This document shows positions 8,768-16,685 of a stretch of 57,071 nucleotides of DNA, piece by piece. The stretch's first letter is position 1. Each line of letters opens with the position of its first letter. The notes under the pieces were generated by a model, which was given only the letters and a program-made list of their open reading frames with translations, had not been told where the DNA came from and made no database searches. A program made the position numbers and the translations under genes. Origin of the DNA: a virus (lineage: Duplodnaviria; Caudoviricetes); the IMG/VR virus record IMGVR_UViG_3300021959_007110, positions 1-57,071 of that record. One strand, written 5' to 3'.

Positions 8768-9841
8768 TTATAATCTTTTAGTGATTACACTCTCTCCACT
8801 GAAATCTTCCTCTGATTTGATGAATTCGTAGAATCCTTGAACTGCAACTTCTTTATGCTTCGCTTCAATATCAAAATCTGCATATTCAAGCATTGGTACA
8901 TGATTTGCCATTAGATGCTCATCCCAGTAAGTTTCTGAATGAGCATTAGGTTTCATCCAGTAATCTCGATTATCGGGGTGGAAGGATTGTGATTTGTGGA
9001 ACAACGGGCGTACGCCTCTCCATGACTTGACAGCTTCCACGAAGTAGTCACTTGTGTGGGTGATGTGATCCACGTCTCTAATTTTCCGATTGACCGTTTT
9101 CTCTCCAATTTTAACTCTCTCAGCCTCAACCATTCGATGGCAGGCATAGTGGTGTGTGTCGAGGGTGCAGCGGATAGGGATCCGTTGGGCAAGTTCAAGT
9201 GTGTGGTGGATGTCATATCCATTGGGTTTATCTTCATTTTCGACGGATAAGCAGCCTTGGGCATAGTCTGAAAGGTAGGGGAAGTGTGCGGCAAAGCGTT
9301 TAATACCATCTTCGTGTTTTCCTCCATATAGTCCTTGTAAGTGAATGTTCATTGAAAAATCTTCGGCAGGTAATCCCATCAATGAACCGTATAGGGCATG
9401 ATACTCTAAATCTTCAATAGATTTAGTTACTACATCTGGTTTATTAGAAGCGAGAACTGTATACTGACCAGGATGCACAGAAAGACGAACAGAGTGTCGT
9501 TTTGCAGCCTCACCAGCTTGAGCCAGTATAGTTTCAATCTCCTCCCAAATTTCTTTATACCAGTCTTGAGTAAATTCAAGAGTGTAGCAAGGAAACATCT
9601 CAGAAGAGATCCGAAAGCTTCTAAGATTAAAAGGTTGAGTTGGGAAATAAGTAGTAAGAGCGTCGAGAAGTTTTTTACAGTTCCCAATAGCCTTTGTTTG
9701 AACTTTCTCTTTTCCGCCCTCTTTAAGAGCATAGGTCTTGGTAGTGGTTCCAAAGTTATACCTTTTAGCAAGCGTTTTATCATGCCATTGGCAGCATTGC
9801 GAAATGCGCCAATCAGTTTGTTTTTGATTGAAATATTCCAT
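8768..9841 (-). CDS. uvsE: UV damage endonuclease
   Basis: FRISSEMFP, RLSVHPGQYTVLAS, SVENEDK, LDTHHY and DIEAKHKE motifs. Confidence 0.92.
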   Translation of the reverse strand: MEYFNQKQTDWRISQCCQWHDKTLAKRYNFGTTTKTYALKEGGKEKVQTKAIGNCKKLLDALTTYFPTQPFNLRSFRISSEMFPCYTLEFTQDWYKEIWEEIETILAQAGEAAKRHSVRLSVHPGQYTVLASNKPDVVTKSIEDLEYHALYGSLMGLPAEDFSMNIHLQGLYGGKHEDGIKRFAAHFPYLSDYAQGCLSVENEDKPNGYDIHHTLELAQRIPIRCTLDTHHYACHRMVEAERVKIGEKTVNRKIRDVDHITHTSDYFVEAVKSWRGVRPLFHKSQSFHPDNRDYWMKPNAHSETYWDEHLMANHVPMLEYADFDIEAKHKEVAVQGFYEFIKSEEDFSGESVITKRL

Positions 9842-9945
9842 AGAATCTCCGTTGATTTTCTATAGTATATATAAAGTTGTAAGGACTCTGCAAAGATTTA
9901 TTAGAGTCTTAATCTACCACAAGGTTTAATCACGCCATTAAAAAA

Positions 9946-10272
9946 TTACTTACTTTTACCAAGGTTTTGAGTACCAAAAAAAGCAGCAACAATAGCTGCA
10001 ACTGAAACAAAATACACAGAGGCCATGTCTCCAAGAATTTTACTTGCTTGATCTAACCCAATAAGAACTGCTAGTACAACAGCAAAAGGATATAATAACA
10101 TACCAAATAAGGCAAACCATGCCATTTTACGTTGTGCATCTCGCATCGCGTCTGCATCCTCTAGAGCTTTACGTTTAAATTCTAAATCCATCTCTAACTC
10201 TTCTTTAGATAAATGCCCATCACCGTTAATATCTTTAGCGGCTACTTCTGGATCAACCGTTTTCGTTTCCAT
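9946..10272 (-). CDS. EF-hand-like two-TM membrane protein (holin candidate)
   Basis: DINGDGHLSKEE EF-hand loop followed by two hydrophobic segments. Confidence 0.7.
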   Translation of the reverse strand: METKTVDPEVAAKDINGDGHLSKEELEMDLEFKRKALEDADAMRDAQRKMAWFALFGMLLYPFAVVLAVLIGLDQASKILGDMASVYFVSVAAIVAAFFGTQNLGKSK

Positions 10273-10594
10273 TAATCATCTCCCAAGGAATATAATTCAT
10301 AATATCCTCTTGATAAAAATATGCACCTAATACAGCAGCTACAAGCACTAGTATCCAAAGTGGTTTTTTAGAGGTTTGCGTTGAAATAGACTGAGCTACT
10401 TCATCTGCAAATTGAGAAGCTTCACGCTCTGTATGCATACGCTCCCAAAGAGCTTTTTGACCTTCTATTCTACGTAAAGAAGCACCTTTTACTTTAAGTA
10501 AAGTTTCAGCTTCTTCCCAAGTAAGAAGTGTTTTAATATCATCATCCATTTTATCGTCCTTTAAAAGTCGATTTCTCGACCATCTTTTTCCCAA
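10253..10594 (-). CDS. hypothetical protein with a C-terminal TM segment
   Basis: ORF track; hydrophobic segment LWILVLVAAVLGAYFY. Confidence 0.6.
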   Translation of the reverse strand: MGKRWSRNRLLKDDKMDDDIKTLLTWEEAETLLKVKGASLRRIEGQKALWERMHTEREASQFADEVAQSISTQTSKKPLWILVLVAAVLGAYFYQEDIMNYIPWEMINGNENG

Positions 10595-10603
10595 GTGTTA
10601 AAT

Positions 10604-10885
10604 CTAGTCCTGATAGTTGCCACTTGAGTTTCTGTTAGTTGTTGTTTGTTCGAGTATTCGGATACGAGCTTCGATACTGTCGAGTCGTTTGGCGAGTTCG
10701 GGGAATTTAGCCATTCGCTTTCGTTCATCTGTGAGCATTTTAATTCCGTACCTTTTTGAAGCCCAAGTGTAGAGCGAATCCAATTTAGCATATGTCCATA
10801 CTCCTAATTTTGTATCTCTAAACCACGATTCTGTAGCGGAACCTACAATAGAACCTGCTATAGATTTTAATAAGAAAAACCACAC
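10604..10885 (-). CDS. hypothetical protein
   Basis: ORF track; GTG start coupled to the upstream stop. Confidence 0.6.
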   Translation of the reverse strand: MWFFLLKSIAGSIVGSATESWFRDTKLGVWTYAKLDSLYTWASKRYGIKMLTDERKRMAKFPELAKRLDSIEARIRILEQTTTNRNSSGNYQD

Positions 10886-11643
10886 TATGAAACTCCTGTT
10901 CCTGGAACAATAGTATCTGCTCCATCAATAAGTACCATGTCAAAGATTGCACCTGCTTCAGTAGTAGCACCTGCTTTTACTTGTACTTGTATGTCAGTAT
11001 TAGCGCTAAATTTTAATGGATAATCGTAAGTATAATCTACAGGTACGCCAAAAGAACCAAAACGTCCTTTTTCGTTAAAAGCGGTTCCCGCATCATTATC
11101 TCTTGCTAATATTCTAAATATTACCTCTTTTTGTTTATCAATTGAACCTTGAAAATAATGTAGATAACCTGTTTTTCCTGCAGGAACTGTGTAGACTGCC
11201 ATCAGTGTTTGACCTGCCCCAGCTGTAATTAAAGCAGCTATCTCCCCACCCTGTCTGATTTCAATTGAATTTGAATTAGTAGTACTTGTGTTTGCTGAAA
11301 CAACAATAGCACGATTTATACGAGAGTATGAATTGGCTGATGCAGATCCGTCAACTGTAATTAAATCTGTAGCAGGAAGAAAATTTGCATCAAGTCCTGA
11401 TATTCTAACAGTTGATGCAGAGTCATCAGCATCTGTTGTAGAAACAGCGGTTGCTGTACCAGAACTTTGATAAGTGTACACATTTGAACCGTCCCACACT
11501 GTTTCAAAACTGCCTCCTACAGAAGAATTCCAACCAAATTTATTGATAGCAGAATGGTTAGAAACGTGTCCACGAGCTACTTGAAGATTAAATGATTCAG
11601 TTTTACGAGTAGCGGTAGCAGATGGATTTTGAAAATTACTCAT
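10885..11643 (-). CDS. beta-rich phage protein, probably virion-associated
   Basis: INKFGWN...ETVWDG, ISGLDANF and GQTLMAVYTVPAGKTGY. T/S/A/G-rich. Confidence 0.65.
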   Translation of the reverse strand: MSNFQNPSATATRKTESFNLQVARGHVSNHSAINKFGWNSSVGGSFETVWDGSNVYTYQSSGTATAVSTTDADDSASTVRISGLDANFLPATDLITVDGSASANSYSRINRAIVVSANTSTTNSNSIEIRQGGEIAALITAGAGQTLMAVYTVPAGKTGYLHYFQGSIDKQKEVIFRILARDNDAGTAFNEKGRFGSFGVPVDYTYDYPLKFSANTDIQVQVKAGATTEAGAIFDMVLIDGADTIVPGTGVS

Positions 11644-11845
11644 TACACATTTCCATATAGCAATTATGAGTAGGTTTTGCTAACATCTGTCTAGTCCAAT
11701 CTAATTCTTGAATCAATCGGTTATACCACGCCTGATCCATTGGATCATGTGCTTTTGCCATATCTTCTTTTAATTGCCCAATTCTTACGTTAATATATTT
11801 TTCTGCCTTACTCATCGCACCATCCTTTTTTAGCTCCGCCATCAT
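11636..11845 (-). CDS. hypothetical protein
   Basis: ORF track; contains WYNRLIQELDW. True start may be MSKAEKY. Confidence 0.6.
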   Translation of the reverse strand: MMAELKKDGAMSKAEKYINVRIGQLKEDMAKAHDPMDQAWYNRLIQELDWTRQMLAKPTHNCYMEMCNE

Positions 11846-12269
11846 AAGAACGAGCTAAACCTTTATCAATTAAAATGTCAGAATAAAGAAGACCGTCTAG
11901 ATACACATTTGAAAGTATACGTCCTCCATATTTATCCCATTTGAGATCTTTAAACTCAATAGTTTTCGCAGCGCGAAATAACTTGTTAGCAGTTTGTCTA
12001 CCAATGAGAGCTAGTTCTTTTTCTTTTTCACACTTGCCTTTTATCTCAGGAGTATCAATACCAAGTACTCTAACACTCATTCTACTTAGTTTGCCAGGAA
12101 GTACGGGTGCAGAAACATAACAAGTGTCTCCATCATAACAAACATTGCCACGATACTCACGCATCTGTAAAAAATCAGAAGCAAACGCTAAGTTTGCAAA
12201 TAAAATTACAGCTATACCAAAAGAAAATCCAGCTAATAATTCCAATCCGAATTTATCAATTTTTTTCAT
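11808..12269 (-). CDS. thermonuclease (SNase-like) with signal peptide
   Basis: YDGDT, VRVLGIDTPE, DKYGGRIL and GLARSY motifs; signal peptide ends AFA. Confidence 0.9.
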   Translation of the reverse strand: MKKIDKFGLELLAGFSFGIAVILFANLAFASDFLQMREYRGNVCYDGDTCYVSAPVLPGKLSRMSVRVLGIDTPEIKGKCEKEKELALIGRQTANKLFRAAKTIEFKDLKWDKYGGRILSNVYLDGLLYSDILIDKGLARSYDGGAKKGWCDE

Positions 12270-12371
12270 TTTTACTCCTAATCATCATGTATTCTATAAT
12301 ACCAGTCTATCATATAGCAAATAAAAAAGATTACAACTACAAGGAAAATACAGAATAAGATAGCAAGTGCG

Positions 12372-12554
12372 TTATTCATATACACGAATCTTTGCAGGAT
12401 CAGCTAATGTTGGTTTACAAATAGCACTATAATTTCTCTGTTTGCCTAGCCTTTCAGCAAAGTATAAGCATCTATTTATATCATAAAAATACATTGAAGA
12501 TCCTCTTTGTTCTGTCCCATTTATCATTAATATTAACATAAAAACATGAATCAT
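12372..12554 (-). CDS. small exported two-Cys protein
   Basis: Hydrophobic N-terminus, then MYF.DINRC..FA...AICKP. ATGA overlap with the upstream gene. Confidence 0.65.
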   Translation of the reverse strand: MIHVFMLILMINGTEQRGSSMYFYDINRCLYFAERLGKQRNYSAICKPTLADPAKIRVYE

Positions 12555-13027
12555 AAAATTACCGCGAATAAAAAGATAAACAAAACAATCGCTGCTCCTA
12601 CTACTGCCGCAATAATACCAAATTGCTTTAAAGTCTCTTCAAATTCTTTTTCTTTTGCTCTTTTTTCGCGTTTAATTTGTGCGACTCGTTCTCTCTCTTC
12701 TTGTATTCTTTTAGCTCTCGTATCAACTATAGTTTGCCAAGTATCTGGACCAAAACGCAAATTAATCATGTTTTTCATTTCTTGCATTTTTTCTTGAGCT
12801 ATTTTTGCATCGATTACTTCTTGAGCTACAGTTTTGATTCCTAGTTGGTCGCCAATCCCAACACCTGCTTTTTTACTGCGTTTATGTTCAATCTCTTCCT
12901 GACCACGGAAGAGTCCGTCTACAGCGCCCGCAATCTCACCTATGTCTTTTGCTGTGTCTATGTTTGACTTTATAAATTCTACACTTGCTTTTACAAGTGC
13001 GATTCCTGCCATTGCTTCCGCTAACAT
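12551..13027 (-). CDS. membrane-anchored coiled-coil protein
   Basis: Start moved to MLAEAMAG (GGGAG RBS). C-terminal TM segment. Confidence 0.75.
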   Translation of the reverse strand: MLAEAMAGIALVKASVEFIKSNIDTAKDIGEIAGAVDGLFRGQEEIEHKRSKKAGVGIGDQLGIKTVAQEVIDAKIAQEKMQEMKNMINLRFGPDTWQTIVDTRAKRIQEERERVAQIKREKRAKEKEFEETLKQFGIIAAVVGAAIVLFIFLFAVIL

Positions 13028-13108
13028 GTCTTTCTCCCACGGTTTATAAACCGTAAAACGTAATTCCCTCAACTAAATTATAGCTGAAACAGAAAAGTAG
13101 TCCAATTG

Positions 13109-13139
13109 AAAAACCACACCTCAAAATAGAAGTGTGGTT
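13109..13139 (-). terminator. intrinsic terminator after the transporter gene
   Basis: Minus strand AACCACACTTC-TATTTT-GAGGTGTGGTT-TTT. Confidence 0.65.
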
Positions 13140-13159
13140 ATAGGTAGATTTTAATATTT

Positions 13160-14119
13160 CTAAAGACCGTTTGGTACAATCACGTAATGGATAGCCAATA
13201 CTACCCCAACAGAAGCAGCAAGTCCGACCATCATTTTTAAAAAGTCTTTTCCTATTAGGGGGAATACAACTTTAAACTTTTCCTTGCCTGTCATAGTTGC
13301 CATAGCAAGTTCACGTCCACATAGTAATCCAACGAACACCCAAGTTGTTGACATAGGTATATCGTTAAGCTCTTTAAAGAAGAATAAGATAACCCAATAT
13401 ACGGCATCAATAATTGTAGCAGAACGAACATAACGAGTATTATGCTTCTCTAAAACAATATTTTGAATCTTACCTCCACCTTCTCTGAACATAAACCAAA
13501 GCCCGCCTACAAAGATAGCAGAAATTGCAAACATCATGTCAGCAGGAATTTGTCTTGGTAAAAACACCGCAATATTTGCGATATCATGAGATAACCAAGT
13601 CCACCATAAAAAGCCAGTAGTAACCCATTGTCCAATTCTCCACCAGCGTTTATGTTCTTCTTTAACTGGTCTAGATTCGTCTAAAATTTTAGTTACACAA
13701 ATCCAAATAACATAAGCAGCTACAGCAGCAACAGCATATCCCATCATAGATTTCATCAACATTTTTTCTAAAATAAAAGTAGAAGCAAAAGCTGAAAGTA
13801 CTAAAAATGATGTGCTTACAGGCACACCGATCCGCGTTAGTAAAAGTAGAAGTCCAGGGGCTAACGCGTGATACCACTGAATTTCTTGAAAGGGTATTTT
13901 ATTCAGTCTTCCATAGGAGATGTCTCCCCCATAAGTAAACCATCCGTACCATAATGCCCATAACAAAACAGACGAAGCAGCAAGCCACATCGTCCTCCAA
14001 TGAAATCGTTCGTTGTTAGAAGCAATCCAAGTACCGAGAGTTTGTACTGAATCATTTGCTATAACTGAATACGCAGCAAATAAAAAACCAACACCCATCC
14101 AAAGAGTTAAAAGTTCCAT
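13160..14119 (-). CDS. PiT-related inorganic phosphate (anion) transporter
   Basis: Multi-TM protein with ANDSVQTLG, GVPVSTS, HDIANIA and IPMSTTW, matching the duplicated PiT signature pattern. A Pho box lies upstream. Confidence 0.75.
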   Translation of the reverse strand: MELLTLWMGVGFLFAAYSVIANDSVQTLGTWIASNNERFHWRTMWLAASSVLLWALWYGWFTYGGDISYGRLNKIPFQEIQWYHALAPGLLLLLTRIGVPVSTSFLVLSAFASTFILEKMLMKSMMGYAVAAVAAYVIWICVTKILDESRPVKEEHKRWWRIGQWVTTGFLWWTWLSHDIANIAVFLPRQIPADMMFAISAIFVGGLWFMFREGGGKIQNIVLEKHNTRYVRSATIIDAVYWVILFFFKELNDIPMSTTWVFVGLLCGRELAMATMTGKEKFKVVFPLIGKDFLKMMVGLAASVGVVLAIHYVIVPNGL

Positions 14120-14141
14120 TTTAATTTCTCCTTAGAAAAGT

Positions 14142-14167
14142 AATAAGAGGCCACTAGACCTCTTATT
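14142..14167 (-). terminator. hairpin between the tRNA and the transporter gene
   Basis: Minus strand AATAAGAGGTC-TAGT-GGCCTCTTATT followed by ACTTTT. Confidence 0.55.
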
Positions 14168-14170
14168 TTC

Positions 14171-14204
14171 ATTATATTACAAAATTGTTACAGTTTTGTG
14201 AAAT
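14171..14204 (-). promoter_or_regulatory. Pho box (PhoB-binding site) plus -10 element
   Basis: Minus strand ATTTCAC-AAAA-CTGTAAC-AATTTTGTAA-TATAAT. Direct repeats with 11-bp period lie exactly 10 bp upstream of TATAAT. Confidence 0.7.
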
Positions 14205-14219
14205 TTGAAAAATTAAAAT

Positions 14220-14304
14220 TGGCTGTGGAGGATGGAGTCGAACCATCACGCCTTTCGGCACACGAGAAACAGTCGTGCGTGTCTACCAGTTTCACCACCC
14301 CACA
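14220..14304 (-). tRNA. tRNA-Asn(GUU), 85 nt, long variable arm, encoded CCA
   Basis: TGTGGGG-TG-GTGAAACTGGTAGACAC-G-CACGA-CTGTTTC-TCGTG-TGCCGAAAGGCGT-GATGG-TTCGACT-CCATC-CTCCACA-G-CCA folds into a cloverleaf with U1-A72 and G73. Confidence 0.9.
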
Positions 14305-14309
14305 ATAAA

Positions 14310-15140
14310 TTATGCTGCGAGTTGAAGCTGGGTATCTAGCGCCGCTATCATACGGGTCATACCGATACCCCCACCTACGCGAGGGAAAAAGTCAAACTTT
14401 AAAAATTCCTCAAGTTCAGCCTCTACACGTTCTTTGCCAAACAGTTCAAAGAGTAGATTTGCGTAGGCTCCCTCAGTGATAGTATGAAAAGTGTCACGCA
14501 TCATCTCAACGTCACAAGAACGTTCAGCTGAACCAATAGTTTCCATGCCGCCAAGAATTACATCAATTTTTTTAGAGTGAATTCCATCTTCATAACGGCT
14601 CATGTTCCAGAACGGAGAAGTAAACTCAGGGAAGTCAGTAATCATAGCAGTACTAAAATCATTAAACATTGCGGTTTCATGCACTGCTTCAAGTTCTCCA
14701 TCAACCTTATAGTGCTTTTGCCATGCCTCATAGGTCTTCTCAATCGGTCGATCAAAGCCAAGATAATCTACAAGTTCATATTCCATCTTTTTAAGGTCTA
14801 CAATGTCACCGGGCATTTCAAATTCAAACATTGGGAAGATAATATCATGCCTACCAGGAATAGCGTTAGGTTCTTGTCTGTATGAAGTTGAGACACAAAA
14901 AAAGCCCTTTTCATTGGGCTGAGAGAGTAATTCATGTTCTAACCACATCTGACCAGTTTGTGGAAGAGGCCAAACTTGACCAGCATAGTTATAAGTAGCA
15001 ACGTTAAACGGATCTTCGCAAGCTGCAAGGATAGAAAGACGATTCTGTGTGTGAACTTCTTTAAAACCTTTATCTAAAAAAAATGACCTTAAAAGGCCAA
15101 CAGTGTGAGTAAATTTTGTAGGAGAGATTAGTTGAGTCAT
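14310..15140 (-). CDS. class IIb aaRS catalytic-domain protein (AsnRS/asparagine synthetase-like) lacking the anticodon-binding domain
   Basis: Start moved to MTQLISP (GAAAGG RBS). Motif 1 LRSFFLDKGFKEV, LPQTGQMWLE, motif 2 SYRQE...RH...FPMFEFE, ETIGSAER, motif 3 GGGIGMTRM. No N-terminal OB fold. Confidence 0.85.
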   Translation of the reverse strand: MTQLISPTKFTHTVGLLRSFFLDKGFKEVHTQNRLSILAACEDPFNVATYNYAGQVWPLPQTGQMWLEHELLSQPNEKGFFCVSTSYRQEPNAIPGRHDIIFPMFEFEMPGDIVDLKKMEYELVDYLGFDRPIEKTYEAWQKHYKVDGELEAVHETAMFNDFSTAMITDFPEFTSPFWNMSRYEDGIHSKKIDVILGGMETIGSAERSCDVEMMRDTFHTITEGAYANLLFELFGKERVEAELEEFLKFDFFPRVGGGIGMTRMIAALDTQLQLAA

Positions 15141-15161
15141 TATTATACCTTTCTTGTATAT

Positions 15162-15231
15162 AAAAAGACGCGCAGATTTAAAACCTGCGCTCAAATTAAC
15201 CAATTATATAAGAAGTATAACCAGTGAGCAA
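15162..15231 (-). promoter_or_regulatory. sigma70-like promoter followed by a terminator-like leader hairpin
   Basis: TTGCTC-N17-TATAAT, then GCGCAGG-TTTTAAA-TCTGCGC-GTC-TTTTT ahead of the aaRS-like gene. Confidence 0.6.
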
Positions 15232-15249
15232 TATCAAATTATATTTTTA

Positions 15250-15693
15250 TTAAGATATTGCTCTCATTCTTGTTACGAGTCGATCAGCACGCTTAGTAAC
15301 TTGTCGGTACCAACGGGAATCTACCATTTCAGTAGCTGCAGCCATCCAGTCACGCGCATCTACCCCACGCTTCATTCCCTTAAATTTCGATAAGCGAGGG
15401 CGACCCATATTGAACATCATGTTAGCGATTATTCTTTTAGCTTCTTCTGGCAAATCGTCAAAGTCTGGGTATAGTTCGTAGCAGTCAGACACGACTGTTT
15501 TGATATCTTCGTTGAAGGCTTCAACACACCTATCATTACTGACGGCTGTGCCGACTTCCCATCCATGTTCTGGATCGGATTCTCTAACGAGATGACCAAT
15601 ACCAAAAGTAGGCAGACCGAGATGATCCAAATAGATTTCTTCCACATTTCCTTCATCATACTCAATCTCTTCTCTTAATTTTTCAATATTCAT
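15250..15693 (-). CDS. endolysin, GH24/T4-type lysozyme
   Basis: DEG...YLDHLGLPTFGIGH (E-x8-D-x5-T triad), NMMFNMG and DSRWYRQV..RA.RL. Confidence 0.92.
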   Translation of the reverse strand: MNIEKLREEIEYDEGNVEEIYLDHLGLPTFGIGHLVRESDPEHGWEVGTAVSNDRCVEAFNEDIKTVVSDCYELYPDFDDLPEEAKRIIANMMFNMGRPRLSKFKGMKRGVDARDWMAAATEMVDSRWYRQVTKRADRLVTRMRAIS

Positions 15694-15816
15694 AAAATTT
15701 TCCTTTTTAAATAAATTTCTGTACAAACCTAATTGATTATAGTATTTAAATTTGTACGTTTTTTAAAAATAAACAAGATTAATATAGAACTCTACATCTT
15801 ACTTTTTTATTTTATG

Positions 15817-16527
15817 TTAATCATAACTCTTTTTTACATGAGCATGATTTTTATACCAATCTTCTCTATCTTTTTGCATTTCTTCGCGCTTCTTTTTTGT
15901 TTTACGAAGTTCTTGTTTATCTAACCATGTAACTTTTGAATCCCACGTATCACGTCGGACAGGGATAATTTGACATATAGGAGTTCCTGCAGGTATCATA
16001 ATTTCTGAACCCCCTGGCTCAAGCATTGAGTGAATAAAAGGTATATTTACTATATTATCAAAAGTATCAGTATCTACAAGTCCTGTAAGAGGGATAATAG
16101 GACTATCAAGTCTGTTTAAAGGCGGTAAAAATAACAATGAATAGTCTTTTGGTGTTTCTATACGCCAAGGATTCATCCATTTAAGAACTGTAAAAGATTC
16201 CATAGGAGAACCTGGCATCTGTCGCATAGGATGAGTCTGGATTGGGGGCCATTTAGAGATGAGCGCTTTGTGTTTTTCATCAATGAAGTCTAGTTTTAAG
16301 GACATATCAGAAAGTTGTCTAATGACAATATCAACATGGTTGAGAAGCATATAGCCAGCTGTTATAGCATCTAAAAACGGAACACATTTTTTAACTGTCT
16401 GATCACCTTCGTTCCACGCCGGAGTCTTCTTAAACCAGTCAGGGACTGTACGCTTGGAGGGAATTGGAGGAAGTACGATTTGATCAGGAAAATCCTGCAT
16501 TAGATGAAATTTAATTTGTTTTTTCAT
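15817..16527 (-). CDS. conserved phage protein (dUTPase-like beta-clip fold suspected)
   Basis: TVKKCVPFLDAITAGY, NPWRIETPKDYS, GLVDTD and IPAGTPICQIIP. Confidence 0.7.
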   Translation of the reverse strand: MKKQIKFHLMQDFPDQIVLPPIPSKRTVPDWFKKTPAWNEGDQTVKKCVPFLDAITAGYMLLNHVDIVIRQLSDMSLKLDFIDEKHKALISKWPPIQTHPMRQMPGSPMESFTVLKWMNPWRIETPKDYSLLFLPPLNRLDSPIIPLTGLVDTDTFDNIVNIPFIHSMLEPGGSEIMIPAGTPICQIIPVRRDTWDSKVTWLDKQELRKTKKKREEMQKDREDWYKNHAHVKKSYD

Positions 16528-16685
16528 GCAGAGGCAACATTAGTTGGAGTAAAAAAAGTAGAAGGAACTTCTTCAGATATAGTACCACAATCGCAAATAT
16601 CACAACCACAAGCACCATTCTCGCAAGAATCCCACTTACAATGACAGCTGCATCCACATTTATTGCAATTCTTAGTTTCGGTCAT
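16524..16685 (-). CDS. metallothionein-like Cys-rich protein (53 aa)
   Basis: Hand-translated MTETKNCNKCGCSCHCKWDSCENGACGCDICDCGTISEEVPSTFFTPTNVASA. 10 Cys in 27 residues; ATGA overlaps at both ends. Confidence 0.8.
   Translation of the reverse strand: MTETKNCNKCGCSCHCKWDSCENGACGCDICDCGTISEEVPSTFFTPTNVASA

Noticed and set aside
8953-9865. Several alternative-frame and antisense ORFs inside uvsE, and similar ones inside the ligase, polymerase, GT2 and oxygenase genes
   Set aside because: No RBS or motifs; expected shadows of real genes.
14220-14304. Long-arm tRNA as tRNA-Sec, tRNA-Pyl or a suppressor
   Set aside because: The anticodon is GUU in a standard 7/5 cloverleaf, and genes end normally at TAA/TAG/TGA, so there is no sign of recoding.
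15141-15203. Upstream extension of the aaRS-like ORF as a remnant anticodon domain
   Set aside because: Only 21 codons, running through the promoter and hairpin. The RBS supports MTQLISP.
15733-15924. Hydrophobic plus-strand ORF next to the lysozyme as a holin
   Set aside because: Opposite strand, non-ATG start, no RBS; hydrophobicity comes from T-rich antisense of a Lys/Glu-rich gene end.
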